A DNA stretch of 64,000 bases from Eledone cirrhosa. Taxonomy: Eukaryota. Both the position numbers and the translations under genes were made by a program. Location of the stretch: contig OZ024740.1 of assembly GCA_964016885.1 (NCBI GenBank), positions 424,142,001 to 424,206,000 on the forward strand. Direction: 5' to 3'. Every line of letters starts with the position of its first letter. The stretch's first letter is position 1. Shown in pieces: positions 29,367-42,202 of the stretch. The notes below the pieces were generated by a model. That model had not been told where the DNA came from and made no database searches. It saw nothing but the letters and a program-made list of their open reading frames with translations.

Positions 29367-30804
29367 GACAAATAAAACAAATTTCAACAATATTTCAGGG
29401 CTAATACCCTCTTTTCAAATGTAAACAAAAACCATCCAAGACATTAGAAATACAGTAAGGAAAACCTGTACCAATTGTTCCTATCCTGTGCCACTCTCAT
29501 TACGTTCTGAGTTCAAATGCTCTCAGAGTTAGCTTTACCTTTCATCCTTACAAAATCAGAAACCATTTATGTAACATCCATACTGTTGCTATTTCGCTTT
29601 CCTTTATCCTCTGCCCCCCCCCCCCCCCCTCCATTCAGTACATAGTTGCCTTTATCCACATGAACAACACACTTCTATTTTCTCTTCTTGATATAGTTTA
29701 TGGTGACCTGTTATTTTGTTTATTCTCTCATCCATTGTCAAAATTAGATTTTCTGTCCCCATGTCTGACAAGCTTCTGTTCCCAGTTTTTAGTCCCTTCT
29801 GATATTGTAGTGTTAGTAGCTATGTTGAAATAACCCAAACCTAGTCAACAATTTATTTGTCTTTATTTCTAACAACATAAGTAGCTGAAACCCATTTAAG
29901 TTCCAATCTAAACCAGAACAAGAAAATATGCACCTGTGTAATATGCTTTATTCAATAACAACAACAACAATATTTCAATCTATTACTGCTAAATCTATGT
30001 GAATGGATTTCTCGTGTCTATTTATTACAAATATTAGTCTGTTGTTTCTTGTGCATTAACTGAATTGCTAATATTTTCTCTTGCTCTGGCTAAAGAAGCC
30101 TTGCTTGTAGATTAATTCCCTGGCATTATGATGTAACTCTCTTCATGAAACAATCTGAATAAAAGACTTGTATTACAGCAGAGTTAAATACAATCTGAAT
30201 ATCATAGGCACCAACAGTATTTATTATAGTAGGCTGTTGTTAATGTATGTTATTTGTCTGGTGGCTATAGTGGAAGTGTGTGTGTGGGGGGGGGGGGGGG
30301 GGGGGCTGAGGACAGTCAAGCTCTCATTGACTTTTTCAAGTTCCACTTGAAAAGAAAGCTGGGGGAGAGGAGTGGTAAAAATAGCAATAAAGAATGGGTC
30401 TACTCTTAGCATGGGCTTGCAGGTCAGCGAAAGATAATTGGGGGAGGGCACTAGCCCTTGGTGAGCAGAGTGACTTTAGATTTCTGAGGTTCATTGAGCA
30501 CCCTATCAGAAAGCCTGCTTTATCATGTAGACAATGTATACTTTTTCTCATTTTTCTCTTTAACTTTCTGATATTCATGGAAACCCTAACACCCTACATA
30601 ACCTAAATTTGTAAAGTTCCCTTCATCCAGTGTCCCTGTGGCAAATAAAAGAAATATTTGTTGTTGTTGTAAGGGTCAGTGTACTACCAAAATCATTAAG
30701 TATGTCAGACAAAGTGCCTTGCTGTATTTCTTCTGGCTCTTTATGATCTCTATTTTCTGAGTTTGAATCCCTCTAAGGTCAACTTCACTTTTCATCCTTC
30801 CAGA

Positions 30805-30970
30805 GTTCTTCTTTGCCTACTTATTCCAGGAAGCATCGTGGGGGCAGAGTCCTCAAACACACTTTCCAGTGCGTCCTGTCAGAAGCAAGACAAATTGAGC
30901 TTATGGATGTTATCCAAACATTTTACTCGGGGTCTACTCCTGTGTCTCCTATTGGTTCGTTTTTGTAACC
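30805..30970 (-). mobile_element. Short RTE-type 3' fragment inserted in a SINE
   Basis: RRHRSRPRVKCLDNI resembles RGRPRxRWLDNI; SINE pieces lie on both sides. Confidence 0.5.
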
Positions 30971-30984
30971 TACTGTGACTCATA

Positions 30985-31228
30985 TAATCAACCTTCACCT
31001 CCCCTAAAATTGTTGGCCTTGTGCCTAAATCAGAAGCATCGGACAACATACTTCGAGGCATATAGTTACTGCGTTTTATGTTCTGAGTTCAAATCCTGCT
31101 GGGGTTAGCTTTGCCTTTCATCCTTACAGGGTCGATAAAATAAAGTACCAGTAATAAACTGGGGTCGATTGAAATGAGTTTCCCCTCTCCCACAAAATTG
31201 TTGGTCTGGTGCCTAAATCAGAAACCGT
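30985..31228 (+). mobile_element. Major SINE tail plus a further copy
   Basis: B box, central domain and tail. Confidence 0.85.
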
Positions 31229-31948
31229 TACTATAGTAACAAAACACATTTTACCTGTTTAGTATTATTTAGAGGCAATTGAATCTTACTTGAAAAGGTT
31301 TTTTTCAAAAGCTTTCTTATGTAGGTTAAACTGAATATAACAAAAGCATAGAAAACAAAGGTTATAAATCCATTTTTTTCTAAACCTCTCCATAAAGACT
31401 GTACTGAATCTGTTGTGTAGCTGTCTTCCTGCTTGATTGATATATATACTTATATTTGCAGCAGATAAAGAAATTTTGACAGAGTTTAAAAAAGATTTTT
31501 AAGTTAATATTTCAGAAGTTTTATTTATTTATTTATTGATTGATTGCCTAGATTTATTTATTTAAATATATATTTTTTAATTTAGCTACAAAAAAAAAAT
31601 CAAGGTTATTTTCAGTTAAATATATAATATGTATAAGCATGTCGATACACATACATATATAATGTGTGTGTGTGTGTATATATATATGTGTGTGTATTTC
31701 TTTCTCTCACTCCCATCACCCCTCTATCTATTTTTTTTCTTGTTATAAATGAGTACTCAATACAAATTTTTAGAGAATATATATTTTATTTTTTATTAAC
31801 CTTCCAATATGAGCTTGACAGGATTAATTTTTATAACCCTGTGATTATTTCCCTTTTGAAGAGAAGCAAGGTATTCTTTATAAAGGTGAAATAATGTTAA
31901 ATTTCCATATAAAAATATGACCTCCCCTCTTTTTTTCTCTTTTTCTTT

Positions 31949-31982
<34 letters not shown>

Positions 31983-32164
31983 TTATATATGGAAGGGGAA
32001 TTTTGATTTATATGCTTACTCAATCAGAGTTGACTTCATAAAAACAACCTTTTAAAAGTTCTACACTTCAACACAAAAAATATTTACATGATCATTCTGT
32101 AAAGGCTGGTGTTTCTACATACACTGGAGCTTCTAGCTCAACCTTCTAGAAAAAGTGGTGTAGA

Positions 32165-32412
32165 CATGATAGACAAGATCTCAGACCTCATTCGTTTACT
32201 GAGATAGAACTCGTCAAATCAGACCAAAGAAACGATGTTTCCATTGGTCTTTCCATTGCTGATTCTAATCTACAGGTTGCAACACCTGGCAGAAAGAACA
32301 TGTAATATAGTGTCTTGCTCAAAGTCATAATGTGTCACCTGGTCCAGGAATTGAACTCAAAACCTCACAATTGCAAATCCAATTCTCTAACCACTAAGCC
32401 ACGCACCTTCAC
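32165..32412 (-). mobile_element. tRNA/CORE-like SINE, second family
   Basis: Minus strand gcgtggcttagtggttaga...gagttcaattcc...ttgagcaagacact...tgaggtctgagatcttgtc. Homologues at 52028-52275 (-) and 52690-52860 (+). Confidence 0.75.
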
Positions 32413-34085
32413 TAGAAACAGTAATCTTTAAAATAAGACAAATTAAACAATGTAGCGTTAGATATAGAAAATGCTGGAACAGTTTTAAACTAAACATCAA
32501 CTGCTATTTCTACATTATATATAATGGTAGTATATCTCTAAATTGAACAGTGACCATTCCACCATATCCAGACTATAAAGAGAAGCCTCCTCTTTCAAAT
32601 TACATTTCAAGCTGTATGAAGGTTCACCACATTCTTCTTTCCATTGAGAGGAATCAAAACAGAACCGAAGAGAATAGCATAGAATAGCAGTGTTCCAGCC
32701 TTCTCCAGGCCAGCTAGCATTAACGTAATCTTATCCTATCAAGATCCTCAGAATTTATCATCTGGCACAGTTACAATTCCAATGTTGCCAAAGCTGCATC
32801 CAAAAAGATTGGCTTTATTCCTGAAACCAATGTAATTCATCACATTCTACAAATCACAGCTTATGTTTCTAATGGAAATAAGTGCATCAAGCAGGTCTGC
32901 TTCGACAACACACAAATATTAAACAGCTTTCTTGCTTTAAAACTTAACTTCCCAAACTCTACTGAGTCGCTGAAGGAATTAAGCAAATACAATTTAATTA
33001 CATTCTATCCAGATGGTAACCACTGCCACCACAATCATCACTATCATCACCACCACCACCTATGTACCCCCCACCATCACCACCACCACCTATGTTCTCC
33101 ACATCCATCATCACCTATTTCCACACCACCACTATCATCTATGTTCCCAGCAATATACTACATGTTATGTTTAATCTTTTGTTTTGTTGGAGCAAGCACT
33201 ACCTTTTATTTTCAATTTTAAATTTCTACAGGCTTTTAAAAATAGTTTTTATGTTTGTTTGCTTGCTTCTGGCTAAACAACACATACAACTATACCTTCC
33301 TTATTATATTTACCTTATTTTAAATAATTTCAAATATTTACCTTATTTTAAATAATTTCAAATATCTACCTTATTTGAAATAATTTAACATATCTTTTTT
33401 ATTTTAAATAATATAAAACATCTACCTTCATCATCATCATCACCGTTTAATGTGCATTTTCCATGCTAGCATGGGTTAGATAAATATTTTAAAATATCTA
33501 TTTTAAATAATTCTTCAGTTAATATATAAAATATTTTAAATAATTTATTCTTCAGTCCTGTTCTTTACAAATTAAAAAAAAAGAAACAAATATATAGATG
33601 AGAATAAAGGAATAAGCCAAATATTTTTTATAGCTGCAAGAACTTTCTTTACTAGCATTAATTGACATTATTTCTTTGTTATTTAGTAATATATTTTATC
33701 TACTGGCTCTACTTAAGGTAGCTCTGATGAGATTGGCTTTTTCCAAAGTTTTACTGGATAAAAAATGTTTCCTTTTGGATTATTTTGCAATCAGCATGCT
33801 TAATAACATCAGGACATCCATCTTAATAATAGGGATAAACATAAAATCTGTTTTGTTTGTTTGTTGACAACATTTCTTGTCAATGTTTTTTGTAAACATC
33901 TGATGTGTTCATGTGAGAGGTGTGGTGAGAGATATAAATAAGAGAGGAAATAGCTTGACAGACACTGAATCAAAACAAACCACGGTGATATTTGATAAAA
34001 ACTAAACTGAAATGCATTTACCAAAAAAGAAACATTCTTTAAAGAAAGATACAAGAAACTGTATCAAACAAACACTCCAAGACAT

Positions 34086-35062
34086 ATAATAATGGTCCCT
34101 AATTTTGGCACAAGGCCAGCAATATGAGGTGAAAGAGGAAATTCAATTATATCCACATTACTGGTACTTTGTTATCGTCTTACAAAGATTTCAACAGAAT
34201 CCTCCAAAGCATTTTGTCTGACTCTAATAATTCTACCACTATCTTATCTCTAAAGATGATAATTTTCATAACATAACAATTGTTTCTTCTTTTGGCACAA
34301 GGCCAGCAATTAGCCCAGTGTATTACTGGTACTTTATTTTATCGACCCCGTAGGGATAAAAGGCAAATCACGGTGGGATTTGAACTCAGACCATAAAGGG
34401 CCATAACTCTTTGCTGCAAAGCATGACATCCGACCCTCCACCGATACTACTATAATAATGGTCTCTAATTTTCGCACAAAGCTAGCAATATGAGGTGAAA
34501 GAGGAAATTCAATTGTATCCACCCTAGTATGTTACTGGTACTTTGTTATCGACCTGACAAAGTTGAGCTCTGCAAGATTTGAACAGAATCCTCCAAAGCA
34601 TTTTGTCCAACTCTCTACCACAATCTTATCTCTAAAGATGATAATTTTCATAACATAATTGTTTCTTTTGGCATAAGGCCAGCAAATACCCCCAGTGAAT
34701 TACTGGTACTTTATTTTATCGACTTCATAAAGATGAAAGGCAAAGTTAACCTCGGTGGGATTTGAACTCAGACTGTAAAGGACTGTAATTCTATGCTGCG
34801 AAGCATGGTGTCCAAAACTACCAATATTGCCAGTCTACCACCCTCCCATAAATAGCAATAATAATTGTTTCTACTTCAGGCACAAGGCCAGCAATTACCC
34901 AGTAAATTACTGGTACTTTATTTTATCGACCTCGTAAGGATGAAAGGCAAAGTTAACCTCGGCGGGATTTGAACTCAGGCTGTAAAGGGACGTAACTATG
35001 CTAGAAAGCATGGCGTCCGACCCTCTACCGATACTGCCAATCCACCGCAATAATAATAATAA
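34086..35062 (-). mobile_element. Cluster of five SINE copies including a duplicated ~370-bp composite block
   Basis: Repeated reverse-complement SINE motifs; 34086-34335 is similar to 34452-34720. Confidence 0.88.
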
Positions 35063-35186
35063 TAACAACACACACACACACTTTCACATTACAACACACA
35101 AACACACATTGTTCACCAATGTAGAATCCCATAGTGAATGTTTAGATAGAACAAAAGTAAATAATATCCAAAATATGTTGTTTTAA

Positions 35187-36152
35187 TTTCTAAAGATATG
35201 GTCAGTTGTCCCCAGAAGTTAGAATCTTATTAACTCCTTTCTAAAGATATGGTCAGTTGTCCCCAGAAGTTAGAATCTTATTAACTCCTTTCTAAAGATA
35301 TGGTCAGTTGTCCCCAGAAGTTAGAATCTTATTAACTCCTTTCTAAAGATATGGTCAATTGTTCCAGAAGTTAGAATCTTATTAACTCCTTTCTAAAGAT
35401 ATGGTCAGTTGTCCCCAGAAGTTAGAATCTTATTAACTCCTTTCTAAAGATATGGTCAGTTGTCCCCAGAAGTTAGAATCTTATTAACTCCTTTCTAAAG
35501 ATATGGTCAGTTGTCCCCAGAAGTTAGAATCTTATTAACTCCTTTCTAAAGATATGGTCAGTTGTCCCCAGAAGTTAGAATCTTATTAACTCCTTTCTAA
35601 AGATATGGTCAGTTGTCCCCAGAAGTTAGAATCTTATTAACTCCTTTCTAAAGATATGGTCAGTTGTCCCCAGAAGTTAGAATCTTATTAACTCCTTTCT
35701 AAAGATATGGTCAGTTGTCCCCAGAAGTTAGAATCTTATTAACTCCTTTCTAAAGATAGGGTCAGTTGTCCCCAGAAGTTAGAATCTTATTAACTCCTTT
35801 CTAAAGATAGGGTCAGTTGTCCCCAGAAGTTAGAATCTTATTAACTCCTTTCTAAAGATATGGTCAGTTGTCCCCAGAAGTTAGAATCTTATTAACTCCT
35901 TTCTAAAGATATGGTCAGTTGTCCCCAGAAGTTAGAATCTTATTAACTCCTTTCTAAAGATAGGGTCAGTTGTCCCCAGAAGTTAGAATCTTATTAACTC
36001 CTTTCTAAAGATATGGTCAGTTGTCCCCAGAAGTTAGAATCTTATTAACTCCTTTCTAAAGATAGGGTCAGTTGTCCCCAGAAGTTAGAATCTTATTAAC
36101 TCCTTTCTAAAGATAGGGTCAGTTGTCCCCAGAAGTTAGAATCTTATTAACT
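35187..36152. repeat. 51-bp minisatellite, ~19 copies
   Basis: Unit TTTCTAAAGATA(T/G)GGTCAGTTGTCCCCAGAAGTTAGAATCTTATTAACTCC, no spacers. Confidence 0.97.
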
Positions 36153-36202
36153 GAAACTCATCACAGATAAGAATTTTAATTAAGTATTAGTAGATGTTAT
36201 TG

Positions 36203-36432
36203 TCTGAGTTCAAATCCCGCCGAGGTTAACTTTGCCTTTCATCCTTACGGGGTCGATAAAATAAAGTACCAGTAATGCACTGAGTAATTGCTGGCCTTGT
36301 GCCTAAAGTAGAAACAGTTATTGTCTGAGTTCAAATCCCGCCGAGATTGACTTTGTCTTTCATCCTTACGGGGTCGATAAAATAAAGTACCAGTAATGTA
36401 CTGGCCTTGTGCCAAAAGTAGAAACAATTATT
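36203..36432 (+). mobile_element. Two tandem 5'-truncated SINE copies
   Basis: Both start at ttattgtctgagttcaaatcccgccgag. Confidence 0.9.
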
Positions 36433-37394
36433 GTATTTATTGCTTCTTAATAAATCTTTGTGTCATGTCCATAGATATACATGTGAAGGCACACATACAC
36501 TCACACACATGAATATATACAAACATACAAACAAACATGTACATACACAAACATACACACACATTAAAATATACATACATACACATGGTAGCTGATGGAG
36601 GATTGTATGTACTGAGATAACTTCTTTCATATGTCTTCATTGTCTCTCTCTCCCCCCTCTCCCTATTCCTTCAGATTCCAAATATTTCAAACCAATGTAA
36701 CTAACATACCATGTAATGTAAGAAGGTTAGGGTGGTGGCGGTGGTGGTGGTGGCGGTGGCGGCGGCGGTGGTGGTGGTCAAAGTGATGTAGTTGTGGTAG
36801 TCAAGGTGATGGTGATTATGGTGCTGATGGTTGTGGTGGCTTTGGTCATGATGATAGTTGTAGTGGTAGTAGTAAGAACATCAGCAACAATAGTAGTAGT
36901 AGTGATGGTGGCAGTATGGTTGTGGGTGTGGTAGTGGTCGATGTGGTGGTGGTGGTAGTAGTAGTAGTAAGAACATCAACAACAGCAGTAACAACAACAA
37001 TTTAAAAAATCTATACACATTTAATCTATTAGACTCTGCAATGTTTCATGTTGTGATTTAAAGTATTTGTGGTTTAAGTCACAGAAAAAAAAAGGTTTAC
37101 ATATAAAATTGGTTAGAAAGATTTTTTTCTTTTATTTAAATCTCATTGTCCTCCAGTGTTCATGGAATGATAATATGTATTTTATTTTTCCTGTTAAGAA
37201 TAGTTAAATTTTAATGGTCTTTACTATATTTTTGTCTTTCATATTTTCATAGTAACAAAAACATTTACTTTTCATTCATATTTTTGAACTTTTGATTGCA
37301 CTTGTGTTGGCGTTGGTACTTGTCTTTCAAATATTGAAGAATAAAATGTATTGAGATAAAACTAACTGTATATAAGATGGATTTTCTGTTAGGC

Positions 37395-37501
37395 TGAATA
37401 CTACCACTCTGAGCTATGTGTATATACCCCTCTTTCTCTCTGTATATCTCTATCTATCTCTATCTCTGAATACTACCACTCTGAGCTCTGTATATAAACC
37501 C

Positions 37502-37574
<73 letters not shown>

Positions 37575-37640
37575 TACTACCACTCGGAGCTATGTATATA
37601 TACCCCTCTTTCTCTCTCTCTCTCGCTTGCTCTCTCTCTC
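37395..37640. repeat. Three copies of a ~45-bp unit separated by variable (CT)n/(TA)n
   Basis: tgaatactaccactc.gagct.tgt.tata.acccctctttctctc at about 37395, 37467 and 37571. Confidence 0.85.
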
Positions 37641-38198
37641 TCTATATATATATATAATATATATATACTTACTTCATATATATATATATATATCTTTCTC
37701 ATCCTGATGGGATTGTCTTTTTTTTTCTTTAATGGCATTATTGTTAATACAAACTTTCTGTCTGCATCAACAGATTGCTTTGCTTAAGTATCCAGCAGAG
37801 ACTTATTTCAGAAAATGATTTTTGGTTGCTGCTGTTGCTGCCTTTAAAACCCCATTCTCGTGGAATAATCTTAACACCAAAATTCCCATATAAACTCAGC
37901 TTCTAGAAAACATTATTGCTATTGTTGATGTTGTTGTTCTCATCAATTCCTTAATTAATTTTTGTTTTTTTTCTTTGTCCTTATAATCATAATATTTACA
38001 TACCGAGAACACCCTCAAAAGAACAAAGAAGAAGAAAAAAAAAATCCCTCCACTTACCTTCCACTCACACTCCACTTACCCTCCACTCACACTCATTATG
38101 TTCCACTCACCCTCGATTTACCTTCAACTCACCTACTTACACTCCATTCAGCCTCCACTTACAACACTCAATTATTTCTCTGTTTCTCTTTTATGAGC

Positions 38199-38376
38199 CT
38201 GGCAGTATCAGTAGAGGGTCAGACGCCATGCTTTGTTACGGTCCTTGCCATCCTGAGTTCAAATCCCGCCGAGGTTAACTTTGCTTTTCATCCTTACGGG
38301 GTCGATAAAATAAAATACCAGTAATAATGCACTGGGTAATTGCTGGCCTTGTGCCAAAAGTAGAAACATTTATTAT
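38199..38376 (+). mobile_element. Major SINE
   Basis: A box, B box, central domain and tail. Confidence 0.9.
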
Positions 38377-39143
38377 TGTGAAAAAAAAAAAGTAGAAACA
38401 ATTATCATTGTCGTGCTGCTGCTGCTGGTGGTGCTGGTGTATCTATACCCACTGTTACTCATTTCCTACTACATAGTAATGTTTCTCTAACTTGACACTA
38501 AAGTCAAACTCTGGTCTTTCTTTTGAGATGTTTTTAAACTTAAGATTTATATCTTGTTTATGAGTTTCAACTTTTGTTGATCAGACATGAAATATTTTGT
38601 GTTGATTAGTTTGTGGTTGAAAGTTGTGTTGTGTGGCTGAGTAATAGGATTTGTGTGGTGGGTCTTGGTTGGTTTTAAGTCTGTGCTATTTCTTTACTAT
38701 TATTCAGTTGTTGTGTGGAGTTGTGAGTATATATATGTGTGTGTGTATCATGATCGGCATATAATGTCGGTTTTCCTTACTAATATATATATATATATAT
38801 CTGTATGAGCAAGACATGATCACCTGACCTGGCATGTAGTGTCTCCTGTCTCAATGTTACTACGGTAACCCTTCTACCTTTGTTTTGTTTTCACTTTCTC
38901 CTGTTTTCCTATCTATCATTCACTTCCTACCTCGAGATTTCCCTCTGCATTGTTGTGGCTTTCTAAACGACGTATTTTACACATTTCACAATGCTTCAAG
39001 CAAACTTTAACACCCTCTTATATATATATATATATATATATATATGACTGACTTCGTTAACTCTCGCTTTTTCCTCCTGTGAAACAATTTTTTCTGTTTC
39101 TTCCTCTTCTTACTCACATCCATCATTCTTTTTCCTCTCATTC

Positions 39144-39178
39144 TATCTTCTGATGAAGGACTAAGGTCCAAAACTCTT
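39144..39178 (+). ncRNA. Degenerate minimal hammerhead motif
   Basis: CTGATGA-A-GGAC-taag-GTCC-aAAAC; the GAAA core reads AAAA and stems I and III are not evident. Confidence 0.4.
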
Positions 39179-39664
39179 TTCCTACTGTATCAAACATTAA
39201 ACTGATATACACACACACATATATATATATATATAAAATATATTTATCATCATCATTATCAGTTTACGGTCCGCTTTTCCCTGCTTGCAAGGGTTTATAC
39301 ATATACTGTACTCTTATATATATACTGTTTTGTACTCGGTGTTGTTTTTCCTTGTTGACTTTTCACACATACACATACCCGGTAGCAAGAATCAATTTTT
39401 TCCTCTTTATATTTTTTTTCTTTGAGCAGAATTTCCATTCCCCATTATACATATATATATATTGTTATATTTGGGGAGGGTCATATTTGCGTAATATTGC
39501 CAGAATTAATAACAGAACACACTCACTGTTTGGTTGGTTTTCGCTTCTCGCTGTCTTTTATATATATATATCTGCGATCTAACTTACTCGGTCCTCAATG
39601 TTGCCATTGACTGACCGGCGGTCAAAAATAATACAGATACAATATAGACAAACACATATATATA

Positions 39665-39714
39665 TAGTTTACATAAATCTTTCGTTGCACATCTGCAACA
39701 TCGTCAGTGGTGTT
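39665..39714 (-). ncRNA. Hammerhead-like motif 3' of the PLE ORF
   Basis: Minus strand CTGACGA-T-GTTGCA-gatg-TGCAAC-GAAA. Stem III is imperfect and the stem I 3' arm is obscured by (TA)n. Confidence 0.55.
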
Positions 39715-39990
39715 ATATTCATTGTTCCTCCTGTTGTGTTGTATGTCTACGTCATTTTTTTTGTTCAGTCTGTCTATATATTTATTTATTTATTTGCTTG
39801 TTTGTTTATCTTATTTTATTTTTTTTTTTTTTTGTCTTCTTTGCGCATGCGTTTGCGTGTGTGTATAGTGTTATGTGTGATGTGTGACTAGTGTGTATAG
39901 TGTTGTGTCTGCTGGGTGACTAGTGTGTGTTTATGTGCTTGTGTATGTATTTATTTATCTTATTTTATTTAATTTAATTTACTTATTTAT

Positions 39991-41160
39991 TTATACTTCT
40001 CTTAGGTCAGTGTTGTTTGTTTGGGTGTTGTTGTTGTTCCACTCATTCTTTCTGTTTAGCTTTGGTCTTCTAATTTCTATTTCACTGGCCTCTCTGATTT
40101 GCCTATCTGCTGGGTCATTCCTATGTTTAGATATTATTCTAATTTCTATGTTGTCTATGTTACCGTCATGATGTTGTCTAGCATGTTCGTATAGTACTGA
40201 CCCGTTTTTTCGTCCTTTTAGTTCCCCCCAGTGTTGGTCTATCCTTTCACCTATGCTACGAGCTGTCTCACCTATGTATGTTGTTGTCGTGTTTCTGCAA
40301 GTACCCTCTGTACATCTTATGCTATAGACTACGTTTCTAGTTTTACAGTTTATCCGGGGGTTCACCTTACATATGATACATTTCCTATTGGTACAGTGGG
40401 TTTTCTTAAAAGGGTAGGTTTTGCTGATCAGGGATTTTATGGTGGTTCCTGGCTTTTCTACCACCTTTATTTTTAAGTGGGTCTTTCTCAGGGCCTTTCT
40501 ACACTGGTTAGCTAATTTCCCTCCAGGGGTGGCGTCCACAAACATGACACTCTGATATCTCTGGTTGTCGTACCATGATGTGGCCTTCCCTATCTTATGT
40601 CTAGCCCTATCTAAGCTATTCCATGATTTGCTCCTGTATAGTGGGCAAATTCCTTTCATGTCCAGTTCTATGAGGGTCTTATACTTTTCCATGGCTCCTT
40701 CGTATACTCTGACTCTGTCTCTTTGGTTGTAGCCAGAGAACTGCATGCGGTTGATGAAGTGTTGGATGTGTCCTTCCATTTCTGTTGGGTCGCACATGCT
40801 GGACACATTCTTCATCACTCGTACCAAATCTGCGATCAGAATATTAAACTTAGCACTACTGGACATTGCTGAGTTTTTGAGTATCAGGTATTTGGAGGCC
40901 ATGGGTTTAGCATAGTGTGAGTGGAGAATTTGGGCTCTCTCGTCTATAGTGTTAATCCAGAGTTCTGTGTCTAATACAGGTAGTCTATTGTTAGGGTGTT
41001 TGGAAGGGAAGTCTATAGTTACAGTTATACTCTGGTGTATGGAATTAGCTATCTGCTGGATGCTTTCCATCGTGCTACGTTCTAAATCAAACTTGTTAGT
41101 GCTCTCTAGTGGGGGTGTTCTTATAACTATATTGATATCGTCTACATAACGAGAGTACAT
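39991..41160 (-). CDS. Penelope-like element ORF, 5'-truncated: RT C-terminus, Cys-rich linker and GIY-YIG endonuclease
   Basis: RYVDD, LPVLDT, CxxxxCxxC linker, VVYSIRC...YIGETARSIGERIDQH, REA..I and LNRKNE motifs; 389 codons with no stop; cut off upstream by (TA)n at ~41178. Confidence 0.93.
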   Translation of the reverse strand: MYSRYVDDINIVIRTPPLESTNKFDLERSTMESIQQIANSIHQSITVTIDFPSKHPNNRLPVLDTELWINTIDERAQILHSHYAKPMASKYLILKNSAMSSSAKFNILIADLVRVMKNVSSMCDPTEMEGHIQHFINRMQFSGYNQRDRVRVYEGAMEKYKTLIELDMKGICPLYRSKSWNSLDRARHKIGKATSWYDNQRYQSVMFVDATPGGKLANQCRKALRKTHLKIKVVEKPGTTIKSLISKTYPFKKTHCTNRKCIICKVNPRINCKTRNVVYSIRCTEGTCRNTTTTYIGETARSIGERIDQHWGELKGRKNGSVLYEHARQHHDGNIDNIEIRIISKHRNDPADRQIREASEIEIRRPKLNRKNEWNNNNTQTNNTDLREV

Positions 41161-41212
41161 GATGAGGTCTATGGAGCTATATATATATATATTTATTAAA
41201 ATAACAGATTAA

Positions 41213-41263
41213 AGTTTAAGCAAAGAATCGCTGCTTTCACCCTTAACGGGATCTTCTGAAACT
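41213..41263 (-). ncRNA. Type I hammerhead-like motif with variant core
   Basis: Minus strand AGTTT-CAGAAGA-t-CCC-gttaa-GGG-t-GAA-AGCA-loop-TGCT-T-AAACT. Stems I and III pair perfectly; AATAAA follows. Confidence 0.6.
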
Positions 41264-41353
41264 AACAAAGTCAATCTGTAAACACAGAAGTGGATATTTC
41301 AAAAAACGTTGCAACCGGAGGAAGACAGGAAGACGATACTTTGGTTCGGGGAA

Positions 41354-41615
41354 ACGTTCCCTGGCAAAGAATGGGAAAAAACAAATATAATACGTCATTA
41401 ATAGGAGTAAGTGTGTAAAACAATTACACGCAAAGACAGAACCACGTTTATGGTATAAAAGAGGTCGTAGACTAATGTTCTCTTAGGTGGTGCATAGAGA
41501 CGTTCTCTGGCAATGAACTAAAAAAACGAAGATAATACGTCCTATGTGGAGCGTGGAGAACAATTGCACGCAAAGACAAAACCACGTAGATGGTATAGCA
41601 GAAGTCGTAGACTAA
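41354..41615. repeat. Diverged ~145-bp direct repeat, 2 copies
   Basis: acgttc.ctggcaa.gaa...ataatacgtc...aacaatt.cacgcaaagaca..aaccacgt..atggtata..aga.gtcgtagactaa at about 41354 and 41499. Confidence 0.8.
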
Positions 41616-41893
41616 AATTCTAACTAGGAGACCAAATGAATCTCCGCTTCAGAGTTAAGATCAAAGTAAATAAATACAATACAGAGGTAATAGAAATTAA
41701 ATAAATACATACACGCATACAAATACGTACATACACAAGCATACGCAAAAACACTTACCATAGGTATACAAAACCACGCACCTACATGGATATAAAGTAG
41801 TGGCCGTACTCGAAAACGAGTTGGCAGCCACCATATATGTATGTATGTATATATATATATGTATATATGTATGTGTATATATGTATGTATATA

Positions 41894-41944
<51 letters not shown>

Positions 41945-42073
41945 GTATATATATATGTATATGTATATGTATATGTATATATATATGTATATGTATATAT
42001 ATATGTATATGTATATATATATGTATATGTATATATGTATATGTATATATGTATGTATGTATATATGTATGTA

Positions 42074-42110
<37 letters not shown>

Positions 42111-42162
42111 GGGAAAGTAAAAAATCAGAGAATAGACCGTTAAAACATGTTTATTTAAAACA

Positions 42163-42202
42163 GCACCTACGTACGTTTCGCCCAGTTGGGCTTCTCAAGG
42201 GC
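42163..42202 (-). ncRNA. Minimal PLE-type hammerhead motif with variant core
   Basis: Minus strand GCCC-TTGAGAA-GCCC-aact-GGGC-GAAAC-gtac-GTA-GGtGC; palindromic stem III ACGTACGT; AATAAA follows; lies 3' of the GIY-YIG ORF. Confidence 0.65.

Noticed and set aside
32770-32900. Decayed LINE peptide (NVAKAASKKIGF...FYKSQL)
   Set aside because: Resembles a CR1/Jockey-group RT C-terminus but is too short and degenerate to call.
35187-36152. CRISPR-like regular array
   Set aside because: Pure tandem repeat with no unique spacers, no cas genes and a eukaryotic context.
37395-37640. Repeat-spacer pattern
   Set aside because: The spacers are variable-length microsatellites within a triplicated unit.
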